A stretch of 64,000 bases of DNA from Mobula hypostoma (lineage: Eukaryota), in the NCBI RefSeq assembly GCF_963921235.1, contig NC_086108.1, forward strand, positions 83,950,001 through 84,014,000, given 5' to 3'. Each line of letters begins with the position of its first letter. The stretch's first letter is position 1. The notes under the pieces were generated by a model. It did no database searches, was not told the origin of the DNA, and was given only the letters and a program-made list of their open reading frames with translations. This document shows, piece after piece, positions 35,350 through 46,845 of the stretch. Position numbers and translations under genes: made by a program.

Positions 35350-38010
35350 ACAGGATGTGGGATAGAAAAGGCATGTCATAAGGGCAATGTCATGATAGTC
35401 ATCATGGATTTCAATATGCAGGCAGATTTGGAAAATCAGTTTGGTATTGGATCCCAAGATAGGGTATTTGTAGAATGCCTGAAAGATGGCTTTTTAGAGC
35501 AGCTTGTGGTTGAGCCCACTATGGAAAAGGCAATTCTGGTCTGGGAGTTGTATACTGAGCCAGATATGATAAGGAAGCTTAAGGTGAAGGAAACCTCATG
35601 AGTGAGTGATTATAATAAGGTACAAGTTAGCTTGAAATTTGAGAGGGAGAAGATAAAGTTAGATGTATCAGTATCACAGTGTTTAAAGAGACTTACAGAG
35701 GCATTAGAAAGAGCTGTCCAAAACTGATTAGAAGGAGGCACTCGGGCATGGCAGCAGAACAGCATTGGCTGGAGTTTCTGGGGGCAATTTGGAAGGTACA
35801 AAATAGATACATGCCAAAGAGAAAGAAGTATTCTAAAGGGATGATGAGGCAACTAGAGCTGAGAAGGGAAGTCAAAGACAGCATTAAAGCAAAAGAGAGG
35901 GCATATAATATAGAAAACCTAGTGGGATGTTTGAGAATTGGGAATCTTTTAAAAGCCAACAGAAAGCAACTAAAAAAGTCATTAAGGAGGAAAAGATGGA
36001 ATACAAAAGTAAGCTACCCAATAATATAAAGCAGATACCAAAAGTTTTTTCAGATATATAAAGAGTAAAAGAGAAGATATTGGATCGCTGGAAAATGATG
36101 CTGAAGAGATTGCAATGGGGGATCAAAGAAACAAGTATTTTGCATCAGTCTTCACTGTGGAAGACACTAGCAGTATGCCAGAGTGTCAGAGGGCAAGATA
36201 CAGGAATGAGTATAGTTGTTTTTACTAAGGAGAAGGTGTTTGGGAAGCTGAGAAGTCTGAAGGTACATAAGTCACCTGGACCAGATGGACTATTCTTGAG
36301 TGTTCTGAAAGAGGTAGCTGAAGAGATCGTGGAGGTATTAGTAATGCTCTTTCAAGAATCACTAGATTCTGGAATGGTTCCAGAGACTGAAAAATTCCAA
36401 ATGTCACCCTACTTTTAAAAAGGAAATTATAGTCCAGTTAGCCTGACCAGTGGTTGCGAAGATATTGAAGTCCATTATTAAGGACAAGGATTTGAGGTAC
36501 TTGGAAGCGAATGATAAAGTAGGCAAAAGTTGGTGTGGTTTTCTTCGGGGGAAACCTTACCTGACAAATCTGTTGTAATTCTTTTAGGAAATAATACAGG
36601 CAGGATAGACAAAGGAGAGTCAGTGAATATTAACTGACAAGACGGCCTTTGACAAGGTACTGCACATGAGGCTGCTTAACAAGATAAGAGCTCCTGGTAT
36701 TACTGGAAAGATACTAGCATGGAATAAAAGGGGGCCTGTTCTGGTTGGCCGCTAGTAGTTATTGGTGCTCCACAGGAGGTCAGTATCGGGACTGCTTCTT
36801 TTTACATTATAGGTCAACAACTTAGATGACAGAATTGGATGGCTTTGTGGCCAAGTTTGCAGACAATACAAAGATAGGTGGAGGGAAAGATAATGTTGAG
36901 GAAGCAAGGAGTCTGCAGAAAGTCAGATTGGGAGAATAGGCTCAGAAGTGGCTGACGGAAGACAGTGTAGGCAGTGTTCGTGAACTTTGGTAGAAGGAAT
37001 AAAGGTGGGGAGGAAAATTCAAAAATCAGAGGTGTAAAGGGATTTAGGTGTCCTTGTGCAGGATTCCCTAAAAGTTGAGTCAGTGGCAAGGAAGGCAAAT
37101 ATCATGTTAGCATTCATCTCAGGAGGACTAGAATATAAGACTAGAAATAATGTACGAGATCCTGAAAAGGCAACATAACTTCATTGGACATGTGAGTAGG
37201 AAAGAGGAGTTAGAATGCACGGTAATTATGGGAAAGATTGAAGGAAAGGAAGCAAGAGGAAGATGAAGACAAATGTTGATAGAGACAGCAGCCAGAGAAC
37301 TGGAAATGAATACCAATGAATTGATCCACTTAACCTGAAACAGGAGTGTGTGGGCCATGGCAGTCAAAGCTCAAACTGGGCAAGGCATCTGATGATGATG
37401 ATGATGATGATGATGAGAATACAAGAGCAAGGATGTGATGCTGAAACTTTAAGGCATTGATCGGACCACGTTTGGTGTATTGCAAGCAGCTTTAGGCCCC
37501 TTATCTAAGAAAAGATGTGACGGCATTGGAGAGTGTACAGAGCAGGTTCACGAGAATAATTCCAGGAATGGAAGGGTTAACGTATGAGGAGCGTTTGATG
37601 GCTCTGCGCCTGTACTCGCTGGAGTTTAGAAAAATGAGGGGCAGTCTCATTGATTCTCATGAAAAATTGAAAGGCTTAGATAGAGTGGGTGTGGAGAAGA
37701 TGTTTCTTATAGTGAGTGAGTCTAGGACGAAAGGGCATGGCCTCAGAATAAGGGGATGAACATTTAAAACAAAGTTGAGAGGGAATGTCTTTGCCAGAGG
37801 GTGGTAAATCTGTGGAAATCAATGCTATGGATGTCGGTAGAGTCCAAGTTATTGAGTATATTTAAAATTGAGGTTCTTGAATAATCAGGATGTCAAAGGT
37901 TACAGAGGAAAATGGGGCTGAGAGGGATAACAAATCAGCCATGATAGAATTTCCGAGCAGACTTGATGGGCTGACTGCCCCCAATTCTGCTCCTTTGTCT
38001 TATGGTCTAT
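35350..38010 (+). mobile_element. Degenerate CR1 LINE (endonuclease to 3' end) with nested RTE
   Basis: IEKACHKGNV, FVECLKDGFLEQLVVEPT, KSPGPDG, ALESVQSRFTRIIPGM; tail aattctgctcctttgtcttatggtc. Confidence 0.92.
37141..37415 (+). mobile_element. RTE-clade LINE 3' end with (GAT)n tail and 11-bp TSD
   Basis: KRQHNFIGHVSRKEELECTVIMGKIEGKEARGR; (GAT)n at 37391-37415; agaatataaga (37130-37140) / agaatacaaga (37416-37426). Confidence 0.85.
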
Positions 38011-38529
38011 TATAATTGATCTACGCTTTCCATAAAGGTTCATTATTGTCCTCATGGCTTGATGTTTAATACTATACACAACTTCTTAACAAAATTATAA
38101 AAGTTTTATTTAGGTTCACTGTTTTCACAATGTATCCCTCTTAACATACAATATCGAATTTAAACAGCTAGATATCCTTCTCTTGAGGAAAAACCACATT
38201 AGTGAAGCAATGTTCAGGAAGCCCACACCAATTTTATCTGAGAGGCCCGAGGAGTTAAATTCTATTTTGTGAGAGGCACAAGGCAATGCCCATGAAAGAC
38301 TTTATTCACCAAACCTAATTAGGTATTTGTTTTTGCTGCTGGAACATCTAAGAAAGAACTGGCAAGGGATGCCTGCCAAATTGTGGATTACTGGGGTGTT
38401 TTGGACTGGTAGAGGGAGAATCAGTGCAAGGTTGTGTTGGACAGAGAAGATCAGAGTGGGAACTGAGAATGAAAACTGATGGATGTATTTAAATCACAAT
38501 GGGAATCCCTTCTGGTAAAGTGATCAAGA

Positions 38530-38775
38530 ACGAGTGGATGTACAATGCTATTTCAGTACTAGCGACCCAGGTTCATTTCCTGCCACTGTTTGTAAGGAGT
38601 TTGCTTGTCCTTCCCGTGACCACACAGGTTTCCTCTGGGTGCTCTGGTTTCCTCCCACATTCCAACAACATACAGGTTAGTCAGTTAGTTGGTCACATAG
38701 GAGTAACTGGGTGGCATGGGCTTGTAGGGCGAGAAGCACCTGTTACTGTGCTGTATCTCAAAATAAAATAAAAAC
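38530..38775 (+). mobile_element. V-SINE (HE1-like)
   Basis: gcgacccaggttcatttcctgccactg...ggtttcctctgggtgctctggtttcctcccacattccaa...cctgttactgtgctgtatctcaaaataaaataaaa. Confidence 0.8.
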
Positions 38776-40662
38776 AGATTGCAGATGATTGACAAAAGAA
38801 CCAAAATGAAACAATGAAAAACAATCATTTAGTGAATATTGAGGGCCACAGATGGCAATGGGAAAAGGTTCAATTGTTCAAAATGGAGGTGGATAGTGTG
38901 AGAAAGGAAATTATTTGCAGTTCTTGGGGAAAACGATGGAGGAGGCACATCGGGATGATCAGCCTCCTTCTGCATGGCAACCACTCTGTGCTTCTACAAT
39001 TACTATTATTAAATTTTACTGATGTAAATACACTCGACAAAATTGAAAAAAAAAACAGGTTGAAAATCTTAAATAAAACAAAAAAGGGTTGGAATAGAAG
39101 CATTACATTCATCTTGTTCTATAATGCTTAGTCCAACTTCTTAACCTTGCTTTGCAAATTCCATTGAACACCCAGGGGAAACCCACGTGGTCACAGGAAG
39201 AATTGTCCTTACAGACAGCAGCGGCATTGAACCCCGAACACTAAGCTGTAATGCTGTAACCGCTAAGTTACTATGCCGTCATGGATACCAGTGTGTCAGA
39301 ACTGAACCCTCTATTCAGAAAGTTTAACCTTAACTCCTGATTGTAAGTCTAGTTTACTATCTTCTCCTGGATACTCTTATACAAGGTGTATTTTCAAATA
39401 TATTCTTGAAGACCATGTACATTCACTGCATTTCCCAAAATGATCATGCTAGTTATGTTCTCAAAAATATCTAGTCTTTGTTATTCGCAATAATTCCTAA
39501 CTACTAATGATTTTCTCTTCAGATCAACAAAACTGCTCATGTGAATATCACTTTTTCCAAGCTGAACATCTGTTGTCTTCCACTTGAGAACTTCACAGGC
39601 AATTCCCCTTTGTTTAGTTCTGTTCCCTATTACTGTGTTTAAAATTGACATACTGTATTTAATATCTGCAGATTCTGAGGAAATAATACTGAAATTGTGT
39701 AACTTGTTCACTTTATGGATGTTACCTGACCTGCAAAATGCTTTATTTTCTTTTGTTTTAGGTTTCCTACAGCAGCAATATTCTACTTCTTCCCTCATTT
39801 TATGAACATTTCATTCAACTCATAAATCCATCACAAGTAAAACAAATATTTCCCCAAAATTACAGGATCCACTGCATCTTGCAAAGTATTTGAACAGAGT
39901 GCATCTCTATCATTGTAATTTCTTGTTGCATATCTAACCTGGTTTATCAAGCTTAAGGGTTAATTCACCTATTACTTACATTTTTGTCTGGAAGCATGGG
40001 TTTGTGAAAAACTTTTCTCTACAGTTTCCAGTTTAAGGCCTGTCAATTTTTAATTGGTTTCCTATATAGTATTACTGATCTATAGGCAAATAATCTGTTC
40101 TGTCTACATTATCTGTACATTTAAGAAATTTTAAGACATGGAACATAGAGTACACCTCCATTTTTTCCTGCAATGAAAACAAATTAATTTTTGCAGGCAC
40201 GTCATAAACTTAAATTTGAAATTAAACCTTTTCCAACCCATAAATGCCTCTTTGAAGATGAAATGCCTTCGATTACACATAATGGCTACCAAATTCTACT
40301 GCTACCATCAGTGCTATAGAACTAAAAGTCTCATCCATTAATATTTGCAGTAAAGAGGGGCCAAGGTAGTTTCAAGTCCCGATTAATATTCCAAGTTTAG
40401 TTTTACCACTGTCTGTGGATTTTTACATAAATTCATCAATTCAGTATATTCTCACCCAGTCTGTAGTAATTACATAACAGGTTCATGAATAACAGTCTCA
40501 GCTACAGACAAACTGCTGTGATTTTTGATAAAGTAGACTTCTACAACTAAATTATATTTACTTCAAACAACAGGAATTCTGCAGATGCTGGAAATTCAAG
40601 CAACACACATCAAAGTTGCTGGTGAACGCAGCAGGCCAAGCAGCATCTGTAGGAAGAGGTGC

Positions 40663-40698
40663 AGTCGACGTTTCAGGCCGAGACCCTTCGTCAGGAAT
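40663..40698 (-). ncRNA. Hammerhead motif, core intact, one helix I mismatch
   Basis: Reverse complement: attc-CTGACGA-a-gggt ctcg gcct-GAAAC-GTC-gact. Confidence 0.75.
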
Positions 40699-40980
40699 AA
40701 CAGAAGGAAGAGTGAGTAAGGGATTTGAAAGTTGGAGGGGGAGGGGGAGATCCAAAATGATAGGAGAAGGCAGGAGGGGGAGGGATAGAGCCAAGAGCTG
40801 GACAGGTGATAGGCAAAAGGGGATACGAGAGGATCATGGGACAGGAGGTCCGGGAAGAAAGACAGGGGGGGGGACCCAGAGGATGGGCAAGGGGTATATC
40901 CCACCACTAAGCACATCTTTCCCTCCCCCCCTCTCTCTGCATTCTGCAGGGATCGCTCCCTACACAACTCCCTTGTCCAT

Positions 40981-41433
40981 TTGTCCCCCCAATCCCTCCC
41001 CACGGATCTCCCTCCTGGCACTTATCCGTGTAAGCGGAACAAGTGCTACACATGCCCTTACACTTCCTCCCTTACCACCATTCAGGGCCCCAAACAGTCC
41101 TTCCAGGTGAGGCAACACTTCACCTGTGAGTCGACTGGGGTGATATACTGCGTCCGGTGCTCCCGATGTGGCCTTTTATATATTGGCGAGACCCGACGCA
41201 GACTGGGAGACCGCTTTACTGAACATCTACGCTCTGTCCGCCAGAGAAAGCAGGATCTCCCAGTGGCCACACATTTTAATTCCACATCCCATTCCCATTC
41301 TGACATGTCTATCCACGGCCTCCTCTACTGTAAAGATGAAGCCACACTCAGGTTGGAGGAACAACACCTTATATTCCGTCTGGGTAGCCTCCAACCTGAT
41401 GGCATGAACATCGACTTCTCTAACTTCCACTAA
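40981..41433 (+). CDS. PLE Cys linker + GIY-YIG endonuclease domain, uninterrupted but 5'-truncated (no native start)
   Basis: GTYPCKRNKCYTCP...FTCESTGVIYCVRCSRCGLLYIGETRRRLGDRFTEHLRS...VATHFN...RLEEQHLIFRLGSLQPDGMNIDF. Confidence 0.9.
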   Translation: MSPQSLPTDLPPGTYPCKRNKCYTCPYTSSLTTIQGPKQSFQVRQHFTCESTGVIYCVRCSRCGLLYIGETRRRLGDRFTEHLRSVRQRKQDLPVATHFNSTSHSHSDMSIHGLLYCKDEATLRLEEQHLIFRLGSLQPDGMNIDFSNFH

Positions 41434-41725
41434 GGCCCCACCTCCCCCTCGTACCCCATCTGTTACTTATTTTTATGCACACATTCTTTCTCTCACTCTC
41501 CTTTTTCTCCCTCTGTCCCTCTGAATATACCTCTTGCCCATCCTCTGGGTCCCCCCCCTTGTCTTTCTTCCCGGATCTCCTGTCCCATGATCCCCTCGTA
41601 TCCCCTTTTGCCTATCACCTGTCCAGCTCTTGGCTCTATCCCTCCCCCTCCTGTCTTCTCCTATCATTTTGGATCTCCCCCTCCCCCTCCAATTTTCAAA
41701 TCCCTTACTCACTCTTCCTTCAGTT

Positions 41726-41761
41726 AGTCCTGAGGAAGGGTCTTGGCCTGAAACATCGACT
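41726..41761 (+). ncRNA. Hammerhead motif with broken ACGU palindrome
   Basis: agtc-CTGAGGA-a-gggt cttg gcct-GAAAC-ATC-gact. Confidence 0.65.
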
Positions 41762-41849
41762 GTACCTCTTCCTACAGATGCTGCTTGGCCTGCTGCGTTC
41801 ACCAGCAACTTTGATGTGTGTTGCTTATATTTACTTAGTGTCTTTCCGT

Positions 41850-42200
41850 TCTTAGTGTGCCCACAATTTTGTTTCTTACATTGAATTACTTTCTGAAGTG
41901 AAGTAGCTCCTACTGCCAATTAACAATAAAACACATTATCAATTCAACTGCTTAGGCAGTATCGTATGAAGGTTAACTATTGTCCAGAATTCTGGAATAC
42001 ACTCACCTCTTTGAAAGATATCTTGGAGTAGTTTACACTCAGCATATTGACAAACAGTCCCCCTTTTTCACACTGCATCACAAAGGCAGCAGCTGTCAGA
42101 ATGCAGTGGGGTCAGCACCCCACCAGATTGTGGTGAGCCGAAAGTGAGCTCAAGAACTGGAAAAGCACACAGCTTTCTGACTCGCTCAGAATTCTAAACC
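41850..42200 (-). mobile_element. Very old DeuSINE-like relic
   Basis: tgaattactttctgaagtgaagt...aaaggcagcagctgtcagaatgcag...tgagctcaag...ctttctgactc. Confidence 0.4.
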
Positions 42201-42824
42201 CAGAAGGTAACCGTTTGCACTAAACTAATGTACTAAAAACTTCTCTTTCCCACCGGCAAAGTTAAGGTAACCTGCTATCACAAAGGATGCAAATCACCAA
42301 GGTCATCAATGATCAAGGCTCAAGCTGACATTGGACTCAATAAATCTGGATAGACTGGCAGTATTGATAATGATGGCCAAGATGAAATTCGGCCAAAAAT
42401 ATAAATCATGACCCCCAACTTTTTAAACAACTGCTCAACAGCCCAGGTACTGAGATGATTAACAGATATTTTTCTCTATACTACAGTTTCTACATGAATA
42501 CATGATAATGGAGCACATTATAAATGAGGTAGATTTTAGAGAAACGGAACTCGGGGCAAATCGAGGATCTCTACAATATTAAGCTTTCAACACAGTTTAC
42601 GAGATGTTTTCCTGACCTCGGTCTCTTTAGCTTTGTATACAACAAAATTAAACAGAACTGTTGTGGAACAACTATAAATATTGTGCAATCAAAAGTTACT
42701 TAGTGAGTTATATGTTATTTTTGAGAGGGCAGAGTAGATATTTGGAGTTTCGGACGTAGTGTCACGTTCCGTGTTTCAGATGAAGTCCTTCATGTTGATT
42801 TGCTGATACCGCGGCACTATTTTG

Positions 42825-43040
42825 ATCACAGATGCCAGAGCATTACTGCAAGGAGGAACAAGCAATCTGTTGGAGGAACTCAACTAGTCGAGCAGCATCT
42901 GTGGGGGGAAAAGGAACTGTTGCGATTTGCGGCCCAAACCCAGCATCAGTTCCCCCTCCAATGCCGCTCAACCCGGTAAGTTCCTCCAAAGTTTGGCTCT
43001 TCTGTTTGCGCGCCGTTCACCAGCATCTGCAATCTCTTGT
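42825..43040. mobile_element. Short palindromic PLE-derived element
   Basis: ctgttggaggaactcaactagtcgagcagcatctgtgg...cagcatcag then inverted cccctccaatgccgctcaacccggtaagttcctcca...ccagcatctgcaatctcttgtg. Confidence 0.7.
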
Positions 43041-43118
43041 GTTACGTTATTGCAGGGGGGGGGCATACTTACAACCCAACAAATTTCAACGGGGCATTGA
43101 CGAAAAAATGTTTAAACA

Positions 43119-43183
43119 TAGGGATCCCAACCTGGGGTCCGCGGACCCTTTGCTTAACGGCATAAAAAAGGTTGGGAACTCTT
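43119..43183. mobile_element. Tiny hAT/Charlie-like MITE
   Basis: Imperfect TIRs tagggatcccaacct / aggttgggaactctt and internal palindrome gggtccgcggaccc; TSD not clear. Confidence 0.5.
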
Positions 43184-43710
43184 AATATAAGCGTTCTTTT
43201 ACCCAGCTCATCACCATACGTGTTATTGATTCTTTCCAGCTCGTCACTGACCCCTCACGCCCCTCTCTCTTGAACACTCGAACTAGTTGTGAATTTGCTA
43301 ATACCACGGAGAGCCCCTTTGCAGCTTTCTCGCCCTCCTTGGAGACTCTTTATTCAATTTCCCTTAGTATTAACGTTTTCTCTATTAATTTTCTTCCCTA
43401 GATGGGTTCTCGCTAGCACCTCTACTAAATGGGCAGTATTGGTTACGCACACGGCTCAGAGTAACTGCCCGTATACTATCCGGATAGCTAAAGGATAAAT
43501 TACACCTTAATCCGATCGCCACCCATGGTTTGCAGCAAAGGAGCCGCCCTCTAAATGCCTTTAATGCCGGTCTGGTTCAATACGCCCATTTCACCAGTAA
43601 AGCGTACACTGAAGCTGCGGCAGAAAGTCACAATAAAACTGACAGAAGCCGGACATCTGAAAATTAAGGGAAAAAATTAGAATGCTGTAGACAGCATGTT
43701 TACATTGCAA

Positions 43711-43738
43711 CCAACCAGCAACTTTGATGTGTGTTGCG
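43711..43738 (+). mobile_element. 28-bp PLE terminus micro-insertion with 15-bp TSD
   Basis: accagcaactttgatgtgtgttgc is identical to 41801-41824; atgtttacattgcaa at 43696-43710 and 43739-43753. Confidence 0.85.
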
Positions 43739-45004
43739 ATGTTTACATTGCAATGCTTTTACATTGTAAACACATGCTGGTATTTATCTATTCACGTCAA
43801 ACATTTTATTCCATGTCTGTACTTCTAACAATTTTTCAGAATTCATTTCTTCATAATTATTGAATGTTGTTTTGTTGCGTGTCGCCCTAATACACGTAAA
43901 TATATGTGGCGAATAGTTGATCCTAATGACAAATGGTCAGGCGACATCTGTGAAAAGGGTAATAGTAAATGTATTTGGTTCTTACCCGAGTCAATTCACT
44001 GGTTCTCAACATGTATTAAAAGCTTCCATTTTATTCTACTTAGCAAAAAGTGGGATTGAACAATGACGATAATAATAGGAAAGGCCATCCGCTGATATAG
44101 CAACTGCTTTCTCATCACATGTTACCCGAACTGCTGAGTAGGTTCAGTCCATATTCCAAGTTTACTGTTCCATAGTGTTGCCTAAGATTTATCTGCGCTG
44201 ATCCACTGGGAAATTGAACTTTCTTGGGAAATGGGAGGTGTCTGCGGTGATGCTCGAGCTTCGCCGGAGGTCCGCAGAAAGTAAATAGGCTCCTCGTGCA
44301 GGTAACTGGAACCATTCTCAGCCTCCTGAACTGAATTAGGGGCCGATTGTAGCGCCTCGTAAATTTCTGGCGCCAGATCAGAGCAAAGCTCCAACTTGAA
44401 ATAGATGCTCGCCTTTTGATTTTTCTTTATTTACAAAGATTAACGCTTTGCGTTGCCGTGCCTGTAGCATGCGTCACGCATTTGATTGCAAGAACGCTGT
44501 AGCAGAGAAAGATGCCACTCGGGCCTTCGCGCCTATAAATTCTGATCTATGTAATTCCGCTCCTGTTTATTAAAGTAATTTAATTTACCTTTGTGAGTAA
44601 CTTTTGAGCTACATATTCCTGGATATTTCATCCATTTCTATGTAAAAGAAAACTTATTTTAAATTTCTCCCAGAAGTTTTTTTCTGCCATTATTTTGAAC
44701 GCGTCTATTCTCTTTTAGAGGCTTTCTAACCTCTAGAAACAACCTCGCTCCTATGCACCTTCAAAACTTCTCACAATCCCGAACGCTTTTCAGTTCCTTA
44801 ACCTTCTTGACTCTGGTATGGGCTCGCCAAAGTTTCTTTAAGGCTGTAACCAACCAATCCACGAAATCCCGCCACTACCGTCCTAGCGCAATTAAAGTGG
44901 AGCAAAATGTAGAAAGTCCTGTGAATAAGCAGCCTTTTAGTTTTTTTTTTAAATGCCACATGCCTGCTGGCATTTCGAGTATTGCACCAGGTTCCAGCAG
45001 TCGA

Positions 45005-45130
45005 GAAGGAAGCAAGGTCTCGACTGAAACGTTTACTATCCCCTCTCCTCCACATACGCTGCCTGTATAACAATTCTCCACCAATTGATTTTCCTAGGTC
45101 CAGATTCCAGTATCAGCAGCTTCGTGCCTC
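45005..45130 (+). mobile_element. Degenerate PLE terminal-repeat fragment
   Basis: gaagcaaggtctcgactgaaacgtttact...ctccacatacgctgcctg...ccagattccagtatcagcag. Confidence 0.6.
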
Positions 45131-46664
45131 GGGACTGATGGTTTGTGCAGAGCAACACAGCTGGCTTTACGTGTTTAAAACTCAAAGGGTCAGTCTTGCG
45201 CCTCCAAGTCAAAGTTTAAGAGGAAAAATGTATCTTACCGATGAGAATACGTGCGCTCAACATAATTGCGATGTTCTTAATCGCAAAAGCAAACAACCCA
45301 ACAACGAATATTTGTGCAATATTTGGAAATACATCGTCCTTCCCAGTGATAATTTTAAGCCCGTGAAGGACCAGAAAGCACACCCACCCCCGCCGCCCCA
45401 GCTTTTTTTAAATCTTGGGATCCTGAAAAACTCAGTCCTGCCTAAAATAGAATTTCGATAACTTCTCGACACATCCCCTTATAAAATCTCCAAAGTCAAA
45501 CATAGCATAGAATAAGTAATTTATTTTCAAACACAAATATGAGGAATGAGTTTCGGTATGTGCTCAGTTTAGAGGTTTGGTACGGATCTATGCGAAGATT
45601 GTGGAAATGCTAAAAAAAAATTTTAAAGACTGTCATGTGGCATTACTTTCCGTCACTGTTGTGTGCAGAAGGACGCTGTCACATTTGATAAGACAGTGTT
45701 AAAAAGTGACAACACAGAAATTTTCATGCCTGGAGCGATGTATGATTGCGAGACCCAAGGAGGAAGAAAACTTAACGAAAGCAGCTTAAAGTACCTTAAA
45801 TTGTTATTTTTTTCCGCCAAAATAGTCTCCCCCACAAATGAGAGAAGTCGGGCATGATCACAATAAACACTAAGTGACCAAAACAAAATAACGTTAAAGT
45901 TTACACGCTTTTGAATTTGAAACAATCTAACATCAAATGTAATACGAATTTAGTAGCAACAAGCAAATACATATATTGATGGCGAAACGAAGAGTTGTGA
46001 GTGAATATTGCATCAGATGAAATGTATAGAAGGTGTGTACATTCTATGATTGATGATAATTATGTGTGACCTTTTCCATATTGTTACCTTTGTTTTGATT
46101 AACAATCCCACTGTTCAACTGGTTTCATGTTTTACTTCAATGAAATGTTTGACACAAAGGAATGCGAGATACTTTTATTTTGCTATCACGGAATCTTTAC
46201 ACCCAACACGTGTTGTATAAACCACTTCGCAGTCATGCCTTGGGCTTAGACAGACTGGAAATTTAACTCACGGGACTGCATGTCTCATTCATCGCTCCAC
46301 CAGGAAATATACATTATACAATAATGACACATTCAACTTAGTTGTTGACTGTAATCCAGTTCTGGTCACGAAATAATTTCAGTTTAGTTGATTTGAGCTT
46401 TATAAACGTGTATTTTAGAGATCGCTTGTTTTTATTTTACATTGCTATGTTAGAGTGCATAACAGCCAAGAGCTTGTAAAGACGTTTCTGCCAATTTCCA
46501 AAAGGAGATTGTAGAAATTGATGCATTGTTTTCAAAAGTAATCTGAAAAAAATACCACCCACAGAAGGAAAATACTGTGGAATTGGGAAATCTGGGGGAA
46601 GGGAGCACAGAAAATGCTAGAAAGTTATCTGTGGAACGTTGTTGAACTAAGTATTCCCATTCAT

Positions 46665-46845
46665 TACCTATGGAACATAGCAGGAACAAACCTTTCAGCT
46701 CGCGATATTGTACAGAACTGACTGTCTAACTATACCAATCCCTTCTGCCAACCCTACACAATGTCCACATACCTCTTCTGTACATTCATGTACCTAAGAA
46801 CCTCTTAAACGCTATCGATTTTGCCTTCACACCACCCCCACAGAT
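46665..46845 (-). mobile_element. CR1 3' tail fragment
   Basis: atggaacatagcaggaacaaacctttcagctcgcgatattgt...acctaagaacctcttaaacg...ttgccttcaccaccacccc. Confidence 0.65.

Larger units (their letters stand above)
40564..41824 (+). mobile_element. 5'-truncated PLE with inverted terminal repeat and 12-bp TSD
   Basis: Inverted arm 40564-40897 (with tail), sense part 40898-41824; ttatatttactt at 40552-40563 and 41825-41836. Confidence 0.95.

Noticed and set aside
21014..43400. Chain of plus-strand splice signals (21014/21124, ~23148, ~26968, ~39761, ~43400) as a gene model
   Set aside because: No consistent reading frame or recognisable product; such motifs are expected by chance in AT-rich DNA.
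44115..44394. Short minus-strand ORFs in the CpG domain as a protein-coding exon
   Set aside because: No recognisable homology, weak acceptor and stops in all frames upstream.
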